A DNA stretch of 64,000 nucleotides. It comes from Escherichia phage vB_EcoM_ESCO50. Below are positions 47,938 to 64,000 of the stretch, piece after piece. The position numbers were made by a program, and so were the translations under genes. Location: sequence record OM386664.1. One strand, 5' to 3'. The notes under the pieces were generated by a model. The model had not been told where the DNA came from and made no database searches. It saw only the letters and a list, made by a program, of their open reading frames with translations. Position 1 is the stretch's first letter; every line of letters starts with the position of its first letter.

Positions 47938-50283
47938 TTAAGCAGTTCTTACCCAAGCCATCAGCTTATAGAACTGGTTAGTAACACTAAATGCTGAACC
48001 AGAGCCTGTACCGCCAGTGTTACCGCTTACTGTATGGGTGTGAGCACCAATACCAACACTGTGAGCATGGTTACCATTTGATGCAGCAGTACCAGAGATT
48101 GTGTGGGTGTGAGCACCAGCAGAATCAGTGTAACCCGGTCCTGTACCGATTCTACCACCACCACCGCCAGAATAGTGTGTAGAGTTCTGACCAATCCATG
48201 AGATAGCGTGGTTGTGGTTACCAGCAGATGAAGTAGAACCACTTACAGAGTGTGTGTGAGCACCAGTCGTGTTAGTGTTTTTTGTTCCGTAGTCAAACGA
48301 TGAGGTAGTCGCAGAAAAACTGTGCGTGTGTGAAGGTAAGTTTCCAACTGCTAACGTAACAGAATCTGAACCACCTGTTGTAGCAACATCTGAACCGTTT
48401 GCTGCTGCAATTCTGATAGTTCTACCAACACCATTGTTCAGATACGTCCAAGTTAGACCAGGCAGTGCTGTATTAGGGTCAACATTACTGTTAAACCACG
48501 TTACAATACCTACTGGATAGATTTTATTCAGGTCTGTAGAGTCACTTACTGCCTGCGCAATCTTCTGGTCAGTTTCTGCTTTAGTGTATGCGCCAATATC
48601 TGAAGGGGTTGGTTTAAATGCCGTTGAATACAACTGTGCCTCTCCAACATATTCTCCATCTGACCCATAAGCATATGTGAAGACATCAAGACCTCTAGAC
48701 CCATATGTAAAAGCAATGCCTCTGGCATGAGCAATACCAGCAGAGTGTGCTACATGGATGGCTAAATCTTTCAGACCCTGCTCAATATCGTTATTTCTTA
48801 CAAACCCTGAATAATCTTTATTGAATGACGCTGTGTCCTCCAACCTATTAGTTGTCCTTACCATTAAAGATTGGTTTAGCAGTTTTGTTTTTAAGAAATA
48901 CCTAGCATCTAAGTTAGACCAATCAGAAGGCTGTACTTGTCCAGTGATTTTGACAGTTTTATTCAACAAGAAATCATCTTGCATATAAATCGTAGTTAAA
49001 GTTCTGTCGTTGTGGATAATAAGCCTTGTTGGGTTGTCTCTTTCCCCGCTACCAATGTACCATCTTCTCGCATTATCAGCATTATAACCACCAATATATA
49101 GCTCATTGTCTTGTGTGGTGTTCTTTAGCCGTAACAGTGAGCCATTCTGGTTGATAACTTGCGCAGACCTGAAAGTGTTTACATCACTTAGCTTAGCAAG
49201 ATTACTCAAAGTCCCTGCCGGAATATATCTAGAGTCAATGTTAGTCCAGTCAGAAGGTTGTACTTGACCAGTTACAGTTAGTGTTTTATTGATATCAACA
49301 CTTGTCCCTACAGTAATTTTGCCACTAGTTTTGTAGTTTTCTAGAGCTACGTTATCACCTCCATTATTATTACCAATGTACCATCTGTTGGCACCTGTGC
49401 TATCAATCGCTTTAATGTACAATGGTTGTGCAGCATTGGCATTCTGTAGCCTAATTACTTCACCATCTTTTTTGAAAACATTTAGTTGGTTGAAAGTGTT
49501 AGAGCCACTAAAAGTATTATCAGCAGTTAACTGTGCAAATCTCTGATTAGCTACTGTCTGAGTGAAGTATCTAGCATCTAAGTTAGAGAAGTCCGAAGGT
49601 TGAACTTGGCCAGTGATTTGAATTGATTTATTCACAGAGATTAGGTTAGCTAAAATCGCTACGTATGCACCAGATTTAACGTTTTTTAAAACAAGGTTGT
49701 CTGTGTTTCTATTATCATTACCTAGATACCATCTGTTAGTGCCATCTGCATCTTGACCACGAATATAGAGTGGCATCCCTTGTGTGATATTCTTAAAAAT
49801 AAGGGCTTCATTGTCAGAGAGAATATTTTGAGTCCCAGAGAATGTGTTTGTTACAGCAAGCCTTGCATATCTTGCATCATTTTCTTCATTAGTTCTCATC
49901 CCAAGTTCATTAGGACTTGGTTTATTCAAAGTATGATAAACAGTTGCCGACCTTGAAGCATCTGCAATAGTTAGTTTAAGACCATTTGCGTTAATTTTAA
50001 AAGTCTTTAAAACATCCCCAATAGTAATCTCAGAAGAGCCTGTTGGGTCAAATACTGCCTTACCACCATAAAGTAACTTAACAATCCCTAAGTCACCCGT
50101 CATAGTGCTACCAGCAATCTGAACAAATCTTTCAAGTTTAAAAGATGCTAAGAAGTCTTGATAGGTCATTCGACGGTCTTCATCACCCAGCATTTCAGGT
50201 CTCTTTTTAACTCTGACATGAAGAAGGTCGTCTGAACGAATTGTATCAATTGAGTTTAATTCACTCAACTTGTAATCTGCCAT
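47938..50283 (-). CDS. Tail fibre protein (781 aa) with internal repeats and C-terminal His-x-His-rich module
   Basis: Repeated TGQVQPSD(W/F)(S/T)N(L/I)D(A/S)RY units; RWY(I/L)G motifs like T7 gp17; C-terminus HTHSF...HNHAI...HTHTI...HAHSV ending WVRTA. Confidence 0.7.
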   Translation of the reverse strand: MADYKLSELNSIDTIRSDDLLHVRVKKRPEMLGDEDRRMTYQDFLASFKLERFVQIAGSTMTGDLGIVKLLYGGKAVFDPTGSSEITIGDVLKTFKINANGLKLTIADASRSATVYHTLNKPSPNELGMRTNEENDARYARLAVTNTFSGTQNILSDNEALIFKNITQGMPLYIRGQDADGTNRWYLGNDNRNTDNLVLKNVKSGAYVAILANLISVNKSIQITGQVQPSDFSNLDARYFTQTVANQRFAQLTADNTFSGSNTFNQLNVFKKDGEVIRLQNANAAQPLYIKAIDSTGANRWYIGNNNGGDNVALENYKTSGKITVGTSVDINKTLTVTGQVQPSDWTNIDSRYIPAGTLSNLAKLSDVNTFRSAQVINQNGSLLRLKNTTQDNELYIGGYNADNARRWYIGSGERDNPTRLIIHNDRTLTTIYMQDDFLLNKTVKITGQVQPSDWSNLDARYFLKTKLLNQSLMVRTTNRLEDTASFNKDYSGFVRNNDIEQGLKDLAIHVAHSAGIAHARGIAFTYGSRGLDVFTYAYGSDGEYVGEAQLYSTAFKPTPSDIGAYTKAETDQKIAQAVSDSTDLNKIYPVGIVTWFNSNVDPNTALPGLTWTYLNNGVGRTIRIAAANGSDVATTGGSDSVTLAVGNLPSHTHSFSATTSSFDYGTKNTNTTGAHTHSVSGSTSSAGNHNHAISWIGQNSTHYSGGGGGRIGTGPGYTDSAGAHTHTISGTAASNGNHAHSVGIGAHTHTVSGNTGGTGSGSAFSVTNQFYKLMAWVRTA

Positions 50284-50329
50284 TATAAATTTTCCTCTTA
50301 AAAGGGGCTATACAGCCCCTGTAAAGAAA

Positions 50330-51478
50330 TTAAGCTGTTCTCTGCCATACATACAATACGAAGGATGGCTGTTCAACGCTAAATGCTTGACCAGAACCAG
50401 TTGTGCCAGTTGTGCCAGAGTGCGAATGCTCACCTGCTCCGGTTACTGTTACTGTTGCTGAGTGGTTGTGGGAGCCAATTGCAACAGAATGACTGTGAGC
50501 ACCAATCTCAACTGTGTGATTATGCGCACCAATTGCTACAGAGTGAGTGTGGTTGTTAGCTGTTGTCAGTGTAGCTCTCGGGTCATAGCTTGCCCCCTCA
50601 ACTGATAAACCTCTCCAACCACCATCAGCATAACCACGATTAATGAATGTTGTTTGTGTTAAACCAGCAGCACTGGTTGTTCTGTTACCATAGTCATAAG
50701 TAGATACAGTCTTTGTTCCATAGTCAAACGTTGTAGTCCCTTTAGTACCGTAGTCAAAAGCACTGATAGAGGCCGTTGCACCGTGTGTGTGACCACCACC
50801 AGTGACGTATACTGAGTGAGTATGTGCAGGAATGTTGTTAACTGTCAGTGCAGTAGTCTGCGAACCAAACGTTGAACCAACTGGCCTAGAAGCACTATCA
50901 TAACCTACAAGTGCTCTTCCTTTTGAAACTAACTCCCAAGTACCTCCACAAATTAAATATGTAGAAGGGTTTGCAGGATTCATAGAGAGATGGATAGTGC
51001 CTACTGGATAAGAAGCCTGAACAGCCTTGTACAAGTTATTTACTGCTCTTGCTGTAGCATACTTATCTGCATCCTCATTATAAAGGTTAGATGTCACCCA
51101 GTTCTGGACATTACTTAACCCAACCTGTGCCTTAGTGGTGTTGTGTGGGTTACTCTTATCATCAATATGCTGTTGAATAAGATTATTAACCTCTTCTGAA
51201 GACATAATCTGTAGATTTGCTCTTGCCTCAGCTACATTAACAATGTCTGATAAGTTATTTTCAGCAACTAACTGGAGAGCATTAATAACGTTATCTAAAC
51301 CAATTTGTGTCTTAGTAACACCATGAGGGTTATTTCTTAGGCTTGAGTGTGGAGCAAGTAATTGCTCAAGAGTACATCTCTTATCCTCGATACCCTGTTT
51401 AAGATGGAAGATATCACTAAGGTCAATTGGTAAGGCTGCTTGAGGCAAGGCACTAATTTGAATTTCACCTACTGCCAT
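50330..51478 (-). CDS. Second tail fibre protein (382 aa) sharing the C-terminal His-x-His module
   Basis: HTHSV...HTHGA...HNHTV...HSHSV ending ...QAFSV..P.F.L..W.RTA as in the 781 aa fibre. Confidence 0.65.
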   Translation of the reverse strand: MAVGEIQISALPQAALPIDLSDIFHLKQGIEDKRCTLEQLLAPHSSLRNNPHGVTKTQIGLDNVINALQLVAENNLSDIVNVAEARANLQIMSSEEVNNLIQQHIDDKSNPHNTTKAQVGLSNVQNWVTSNLYNEDADKYATARAVNNLYKAVQASYPVGTIHLSMNPANPSTYLICGGTWELVSKGRALVGYDSASRPVGSTFGSQTTALTVNNIPAHTHSVYVTGGGHTHGATASISAFDYGTKGTTTFDYGTKTVSTYDYGNRTTSAAGLTQTTFINRGYADGGWRGLSVEGASYDPRATLTTANNHTHSVAIGAHNHTVEIGAHSHSVAIGSHNHSATVTVTGAGEHSHSGTTGTTGSGQAFSVEQPSFVLYVWQRTA

Positions 51479-51480
51479 TA

Positions 51481-59511
<8,031 letters not shown>

Positions 59512-59512
<1 letters not shown>

Positions 59513-59751
59513 TACATTTTTCCTGCTCTTCTAAGTTCGTTGTAAGCAATTTCCTCTTTATACGACCTCTGAATCTCAAGAAATTGTCTCAATGATAATA
59601 AATCAGAGAATGTCATAGCAAAGAGTTGGTCAAGTGTTTCTTTACACCCTTCCATACCATAAATAGCAAGCACAAATTTCATCTCGTCTGCTTCTTCATA
59701 GGTTGCCTCTACAGCAGCATCAGTTAGTGGTGTCTGTAGAGTGTTACCCAT
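59512..59751 (-). CDS. Tail assembly chaperone, downstream frame (T part of a G/GT pair)
   Basis: ORF in -1 frame relative to 59754-60152; reachable by frameshift at the UUUUUUC site. Confidence 0.55.
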
Positions 59752-59753
59752 GT

Positions 59754-60152
59754 TTACTGAGAAGTTAGGCTTTTGAAAATGCTTGCTTCGAAAAAACTTC
59801 CGAAGTTTGCCTCCAGCGCAAATGCTAAGTAATCAATAAATTCACCATAGTTTGCTTGGAAGTATGTATCAATATTAAGTGGGAAGTCATCAACAGTTGC
59901 CCCTTGAAATAACAGGGTAGCCATTTCTTCAAGGTTAATTTCTTCAATTCTGTCAAAACAAGCTTCAACAAGTTCTTTAAATGGAACCGTCGGAGCTTCT
60001 TTCTTACCCTTGTCAGTCAGACTTGATAGCATCTGTGCAAAGGTTGGAACAACAATTTTACCCAACTTCATAGACATCTTGATACCATCTCTTGCCCCAA
60101 GCAGAATGATATTTACTTTCTTACCATTAATTACTCTAGATTCTGTTTTCAT
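59754..60152 (-). CDS. Tail assembly chaperone (G-like, 132 aa)
   Basis: Between tube and tape measure; slippery site near 3' end. Confidence 0.6.
   Translation of the reverse strand: MKTESRVINGKKVNIILLGARDGIKMSMKLGKIVVPTFAQMLSSLTDKGKKEAPTVPFKELVEACFDRIEEINLEEMATLLFQGATVDDFPLNIDTYFQANYGEFIDYLAFALEANFGSFFEASIFKSLTSQ
59790..59796 (-). other. Candidate -1 programmed ribosomal frameshift slippery heptamer U UUU UUC near the 3' end of the chaperone gene
   Basis: Heptamer read on minus strand; -1 frame stays open into the ATG of ORF 59512-59751. Confidence 0.55.
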
Positions 60153-60225
60153 TGTGATTCCTTAATACTTTTAAAAGAAACAAAAAAGGGGAAGACCTTT
60201 TAAAGTCTCCCCCTTATAGGATTTA

Positions 60226-60672
60226 TTAAACACTTGACGCTGGAATTGTAGAAGTGTAGTCTAGCTTCTCACAACCAAAAACCCAAGTTTTAGAGTTCTG
60301 GTCACGACCAAGTTCAATCTGTGGTAATTCCTGCAACCAAGCGTTAATACCAGTTGCCAGAACAGAGCCTGATGGGTCGTAGATTACGAAGTTAGAAGAG
60401 ATATCTTCTTCAAGTTCCATATTGTCTTGTTTAGCTTGAATTGCAGAAAGCATCTGGTTAGAGAGAGAAGTCTGCATTAACTCAATCTCAATAGTACCTG
60501 TCTTGTCTGCATTTCTTGTCAGAGCAACCTGACCACCTGCACCAACAACTGGTGTCACAAGTGGTGATGTTCTCTGTAGACGTAAGAATGAGTCTGGGGC
60601 AAAGCCTTCAATGGCAATACCATTCCAGCTACATACAACGTCTTTAGGGGAATATTGCTGATACATAGCCAT
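60226..60672 (-). CDS. Tail tube protein (148 aa)
   Basis: Size and position between sheath-sized gene and chaperones. Confidence 0.55.
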   Translation of the reverse strand: MAMYQQYSPKDVVCSWNGIAIEGFAPDSFLRLQRTSPLVTPVVGAGGQVALTRNADKTGTIEIELMQTSLSNQMLSAIQAKQDNMELEEDISSNFVIYDPSGSVLATGINAWLQELPQIELGRDQNSKTWVFGCEKLDYTSTIPASSV

Positions 60673-60687
60673 TCCAATTTACCTCTA

Positions 60688-62067
60688 TTATTCGTAAGCC
60701 ACTGTACCTTTCAAGTCAACATCCAAGATAGCCCCTGCTAAGATACCTGCGAAGGTAATGTCTTTCAGGATACGTGCTTTCTTGTCTGCTAAAGCAACTT
60801 GAGAGGCTTTAGGAACATTAACTGTGTAAGATGACAGGAAGTGTCTGTTGACTGCTCTTTGCAGAGAGGTTTCAATGACTTGACGAATGCGGGTAATACC
60901 AGTATCATCATAAGTAATCTTACCACCCTTCTGGTTAATTAGCAAGTCTCTCAGAGAAGTTTTCAGGTCTGATTCTAACCAGTCAACACCACGGATGATA
61001 TCAATCCATTCCCCACCAGAAGTAATCCCTCTACGAACCACTGGAACACCACCATCAAGGTCAATAAAGTTACAGTGACGTGCATCTAAAGCAGACTTCT
61101 GAATACTTGTCAGAGGTCTCTGATTAGATGGTTGTAGAGAAGCTGCTACACCAGTTAACTGAGCATTACCCCAAGCAATTGACCCTGCGTCATATGGAGC
61201 ACCATAAGCAATGTATGCCATTTCTGGATAGTCTTCTGCCGCTGCGTGATGCCACAAGCAAACTGTACGAGTGTACATATTCTTAGCAAGCTGTGCTGGA
61301 ACATCATTTGCACTGGCTAATTCTGTCCCTTGCAGTGCTGCTACATCAGAGTTAGCTGTAAAGAAGATTTTCTTGCGAGCCTGAATCTCAGAAGCCATTG
61401 CTAAGACAAACTGTTGAGTTCTGTCTTCTGCTGCAATGAAATACCAGTCAGTAGAATAAGCTTCAATGGCTGCCAGAGCAGTTGATGCTGTATCAGCAGT
61501 TGTACTTGCAATATATACAGTCTGTGCTGTGGTTGTTACTTTCACAAAGTCATTATCACCAGCTTTGGTAATAATCATTGTGGCAGAAGCACCACTACCA
61601 GTTACGTTCACAGAAACCTTATCTTTGATTGTTGGGTCAGCTTCAATCTGTGTTTTAAACTGTTGCAACACTACTTCAGCAGTATCTTCATCAGTATCTT
61701 CATCAGTTTCTTCTGTAATCTGTGAGGTGTACTGGAATGACTGAGAGATTCCACCGCTCACAGCTACAGTCAAAGAATAATCGGTGCCCTCAGTAACTTC
61801 ATCAGGAATTGATACAGTGTACTGCATAGCACGTCTACCAATATAAAGCTGAGTTACTTTAGGAGTCTGACTCCAAAGTTGTTTAGCAGCCTTATATGCA
61901 GCAGACCTCTCATCGAAATCTTCAGCAACTTCAGTTAAGGAAGTGTAGCCACGAACTCTTTCTTCAAAGTTATCTGTTGAAGCTAAGAATAGTGGCAAAC
62001 CAAAACCTTCTCTTGTAGTTCCTGCGGTGTTCAATGTAATATCTACATTAACAATTGGATTCCACAT
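60688..62067 (-). CDS. Contractile tail sheath protein (459 aa)
   Basis: Size and position directly upstream of the tube gene. Confidence 0.55.
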   Translation of the reverse strand: MWNPIVNVDITLNTAGTTREGFGLPLFLASTDNFEERVRGYTSLTEVAEDFDERSAAYKAAKQLWSQTPKVTQLYIGRRAMQYTVSIPDEVTEGTDYSLTVAVSGGISQSFQYTSQITEETDEDTDEDTAEVVLQQFKTQIEADPTIKDKVSVNVTGSGASATMIITKAGDNDFVKVTTTAQTVYIASTTADTASTALAAIEAYSTDWYFIAAEDRTQQFVLAMASEIQARKKIFFTANSDVAALQGTELASANDVPAQLAKNMYTRTVCLWHHAAAEDYPEMAYIAYGAPYDAGSIAWGNAQLTGVAASLQPSNQRPLTSIQKSALDARHCNFIDLDGGVPVVRRGITSGGEWIDIIRGVDWLESDLKTSLRDLLINQKGGKITYDDTGITRIRQVIETSLQRAVNRHFLSSYTVNVPKASQVALADKKARILKDITFAGILAGAILDVDLKGTVAYE

Positions 62068-62667
62068 TTATTTTACCCCTTTGGAGTCTACATCTAGATG
62101 GATAGTATATTCTGGTGGCTCTTGTCCTTCTTCATAAACCAACTCACCATCAGCAATGACACGCTCAATAATACTTCCACGTTCATCTTTCAGGACTGAG
62201 TTTTTTACAAGAGTTACAACAAGAGGTGCAGAATTTTCGAAATCTGTATTGAGATAAGTATAGTCATTCGGGATAGCTCCAGTGTCTAATACTGTAGCCC
62301 CTGTTTCTTCAAGGATTAAATCTCTGACTGAACTCATCTCTAATCGTTGTTTAAGCTCAAGCATAATACTGTGAGCACCTTTACCATTCACCGTAATTAA
62401 CACTGGAATCTGAAAAGCAATTCTGTAGTAAACTACATCATCCTCAACAAACTTATCAAGAACCCAACCATAAGGTGTTGCAGCATCTTGACAATATACG
62501 GTAATAAATGGCTGGTCAGGTTTTAAACCTTTGTCATTTGAGTTATCAGAAGGGTAAGCTCTAATTACATTCGGTCTATTATTTTTATCACGAGCTAGTC
62601 TGTGACCAATAACATCCACTAAGGTTCTAACTAGACCTTTTTCAAGTTCTGCTGTTTCTAACTGCAT
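62068..62667 (-). CDS. Neck / tail-completion protein (199 aa)
   Basis: Synteny upstream of sheath. Confidence 0.4.
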   Translation of the reverse strand: MQLETAELEKGLVRTLVDVIGHRLARDKNNRPNVIRAYPSDNSNDKGLKPDQPFITVYCQDAATPYGWVLDKFVEDDVVYYRIAFQIPVLITVNGKGAHSIMLELKQRLEMSSVRDLILEETGATVLDTGAIPNDYTYLNTDFENSAPLVVTLVKNSVLKDERGSIIERVIADGELVYEEGQEPPEYTIHLDVDSKGVK

Positions 62668-63043
62668 TCATTTTATCCCTTCTAATAATGATATATTCAT
62701 AATGGGATGTATGGGCTAATTGCTGTGACCAATCCATAATCATAAATACTTCATACTCATGACCATCAATCATAACAATGTCAGACTCGTTCCACTCTAC
62801 ATCATCTGAAGTTCTAAGTTTATATGTAGTATACAGGATTCTTGTATCGGTAAGCCTAATACCTTCCGGTAAAGCAATCTGTGTACCATTCTTTACAGAG
62901 CCTTTGATATATGGCTGGATATTACCTTTACAGTTAACCTCTACAATATCTTGTGAAGCTACCCAATCACCATCATCATTGTAATAACCATCTTCAGAGA
63001 CTTTACGCTTTACTACAAAGCTGTGTCTGTTTAAGAGTCTCAT
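62642..63043 (-). CDS. Head-tail joining protein (133 aa)
   Basis: Synteny. Confidence 0.4.
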   Translation of the reverse strand: MRLLNRHSFVVKRKVSEDGYYNDDGDWVASQDIVEVNCKGNIQPYIKGSVKNGTQIALPEGIRLTDTRILYTTYKLRTSDDVEWNESDIVMIDGHEYEVFMIMDWSQQLAHTSHYEYIIIRRDKMNAVRNSRT

Positions 63044-63522
63044 TTCTTAATACCCTTCTTAGTAGAAATTTTATAAGCAAGGTTATCTCTTAAGTCACCT
63101 GTCTCAACAAGAGGTGCGTTAAAGCCTTTTTTCTTGACTGTGGAAGGTGCGTTAGGAGGGAGGATAGCAGAATTACCAAAACCCCTTTTAATTGCCTTTT
63201 GAGCATTCTTTGCAAATGCTTCTAAGGTATTTGAAGGGTCTGTGTTGAGACTGCTAAGTTGCTTATATAGATTCTTCTTAGTCTGCTCTAACAAGGTCTG
63301 TTTGTTTAGCATCATAGTGATTTCAAACAACCTACGATATACTTTACCAGAAGCTGAAGGAACCCCAATAACTTCTTGTAAATACATTAAAGCAGGATAA
63401 GAAAAACCAGAGCTATGTTGACCTTGTTCTTGAAAATACCCAACTTGAGCATTAGCCGTTTGCAAGTTCTTCATAGCCCCGACTAATTTTGCTCTAGCGG
63501 GGTGAATAACCCTTTTAACCAT
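63040..63522 (-). CDS. Virion morphogenesis / head-tail joining protein (160 aa)
   Basis: Synteny. Confidence 0.4.
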   Translation of the reverse strand: MVKRVIHPARAKLVGAMKNLQTANAQVGYFQEQGQHSSGFSYPALMYLQEVIGVPSASGKVYRRLFEITMMLNKQTLLEQTKKNLYKQLSSLNTDPSNTLEAFAKNAQKAIKRGFGNSAILPPNAPSTVKKKGFNAPLVETGDLRDNLAYKISTKKGIKK

Positions 63523-63971
63523 TATTCATCTCGCTCGATAATAAATACGCCATTAACACGGTTGCAGTAATCTCTGCCTTCGTATCTGGCAGCATCACCA
63601 TATTCTGTGTATTTCTTGACAGAGCAAGGATTATGACGACGCATGTCAATATCACACTGATTAATACCACCTGCATAGGGTAGTCCTGAAACAGAGCTTT
63701 TAACAAGGTCGTCATAAACAGCTTTCAGAGATTTGAATCTGGAAGAGTTACGTAAATAAACACCACCAACCTTCTCATCTCCCATCTTGGCTACTTGAAA
63801 GAGTAAGTATTTAAGAGCTTTGATGGCTGCTTTCTTTTCATCCTTTCCAGACTCTAGATAGAACCACTCTAGCACAGACTGCTCGATAAGAATTTCATCA
63901 TTATTAGTGTCTGTGCAGAGGATTCTTACTCTATCAAGAGGGTTATTGGCTGGGTCGCCTGTATAACACAT
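63522..63971 (-). CDS. Head-tail connector-region protein (149 aa)
   Basis: Synteny; ORF start near window edge. Confidence 0.4.
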   Translation of the reverse strand: MCYTGDPANNPLDRVRILCTDTNNDEILIEQSVLEWFYLESGKDEKKAAIKALKYLLFQVAKMGDEKVGGVYLRNSSRFKSLKAVYDDLVKSSVSGLPYAGGINQCDIDMRRHNPCSVKKYTEYGDAARYEGRDYCNRVNGVFIIERDE

Positions 63972-64000
63972 TCATAACCCTCCTTAAGAATATTATGCGT

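Overview
This 64 kb window looks like a contiguous piece of a tailed dsDNA phage genome from a Gram-negative host (sigma70-like promoters, GGAG ribosome-binding sites, low GC). All calls come from reading the sequence and the supplied ORF track by eye; no database search or structure prediction was run, and hand-located motif coordinates may be off by 1-2 nt. Layout: (1) 1-952, a repeat-rich non-coding region; (2) 953-5856, minus-strand small early genes, each preceded by a repeated promoter plus stem-loop cassette; (3) 5857-6368, a second repeat-rich non-coding island; (4) 6369-36768, a long minus-strand block with a macro-domain protein, a possible spanin pair, a secreted lytic transglycosylase, rIIA-like/rIIB-like genes, a NAMPT-like plus Prs-like NAD+ pair split by an HNH endonuclease, four tandem paralogs, anaerobic and aerobic ribonucleotide reductases, and a T7-like replication set (SSB, 5'-3' exonuclease, primase-helicase, dNMP kinase); (5) 37026-47254, a plus-strand block with family A DNA polymerase, a second HNH endonuclease, DNA ligase, DHFR and thymidylate synthase, interrupted by three copies of an unusual G-rich, 5-nt-periodic element ending in a conserved-loop hairpin; (6) 47298-63971, a minus-strand contractile-tail module in Mu/P2-like order, including a tail-chaperone pair with a -1 frameshift site. 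The candidates I rate most worth follow-up are the G-rich periodic elements, the NAMPT/Prs pair (which fits the published NARP1 NAD+ reconstitution route), the four-paralog array and the promoter/stem-loop cassettes. No tRNA, rRNA or CRISPR array was seen.
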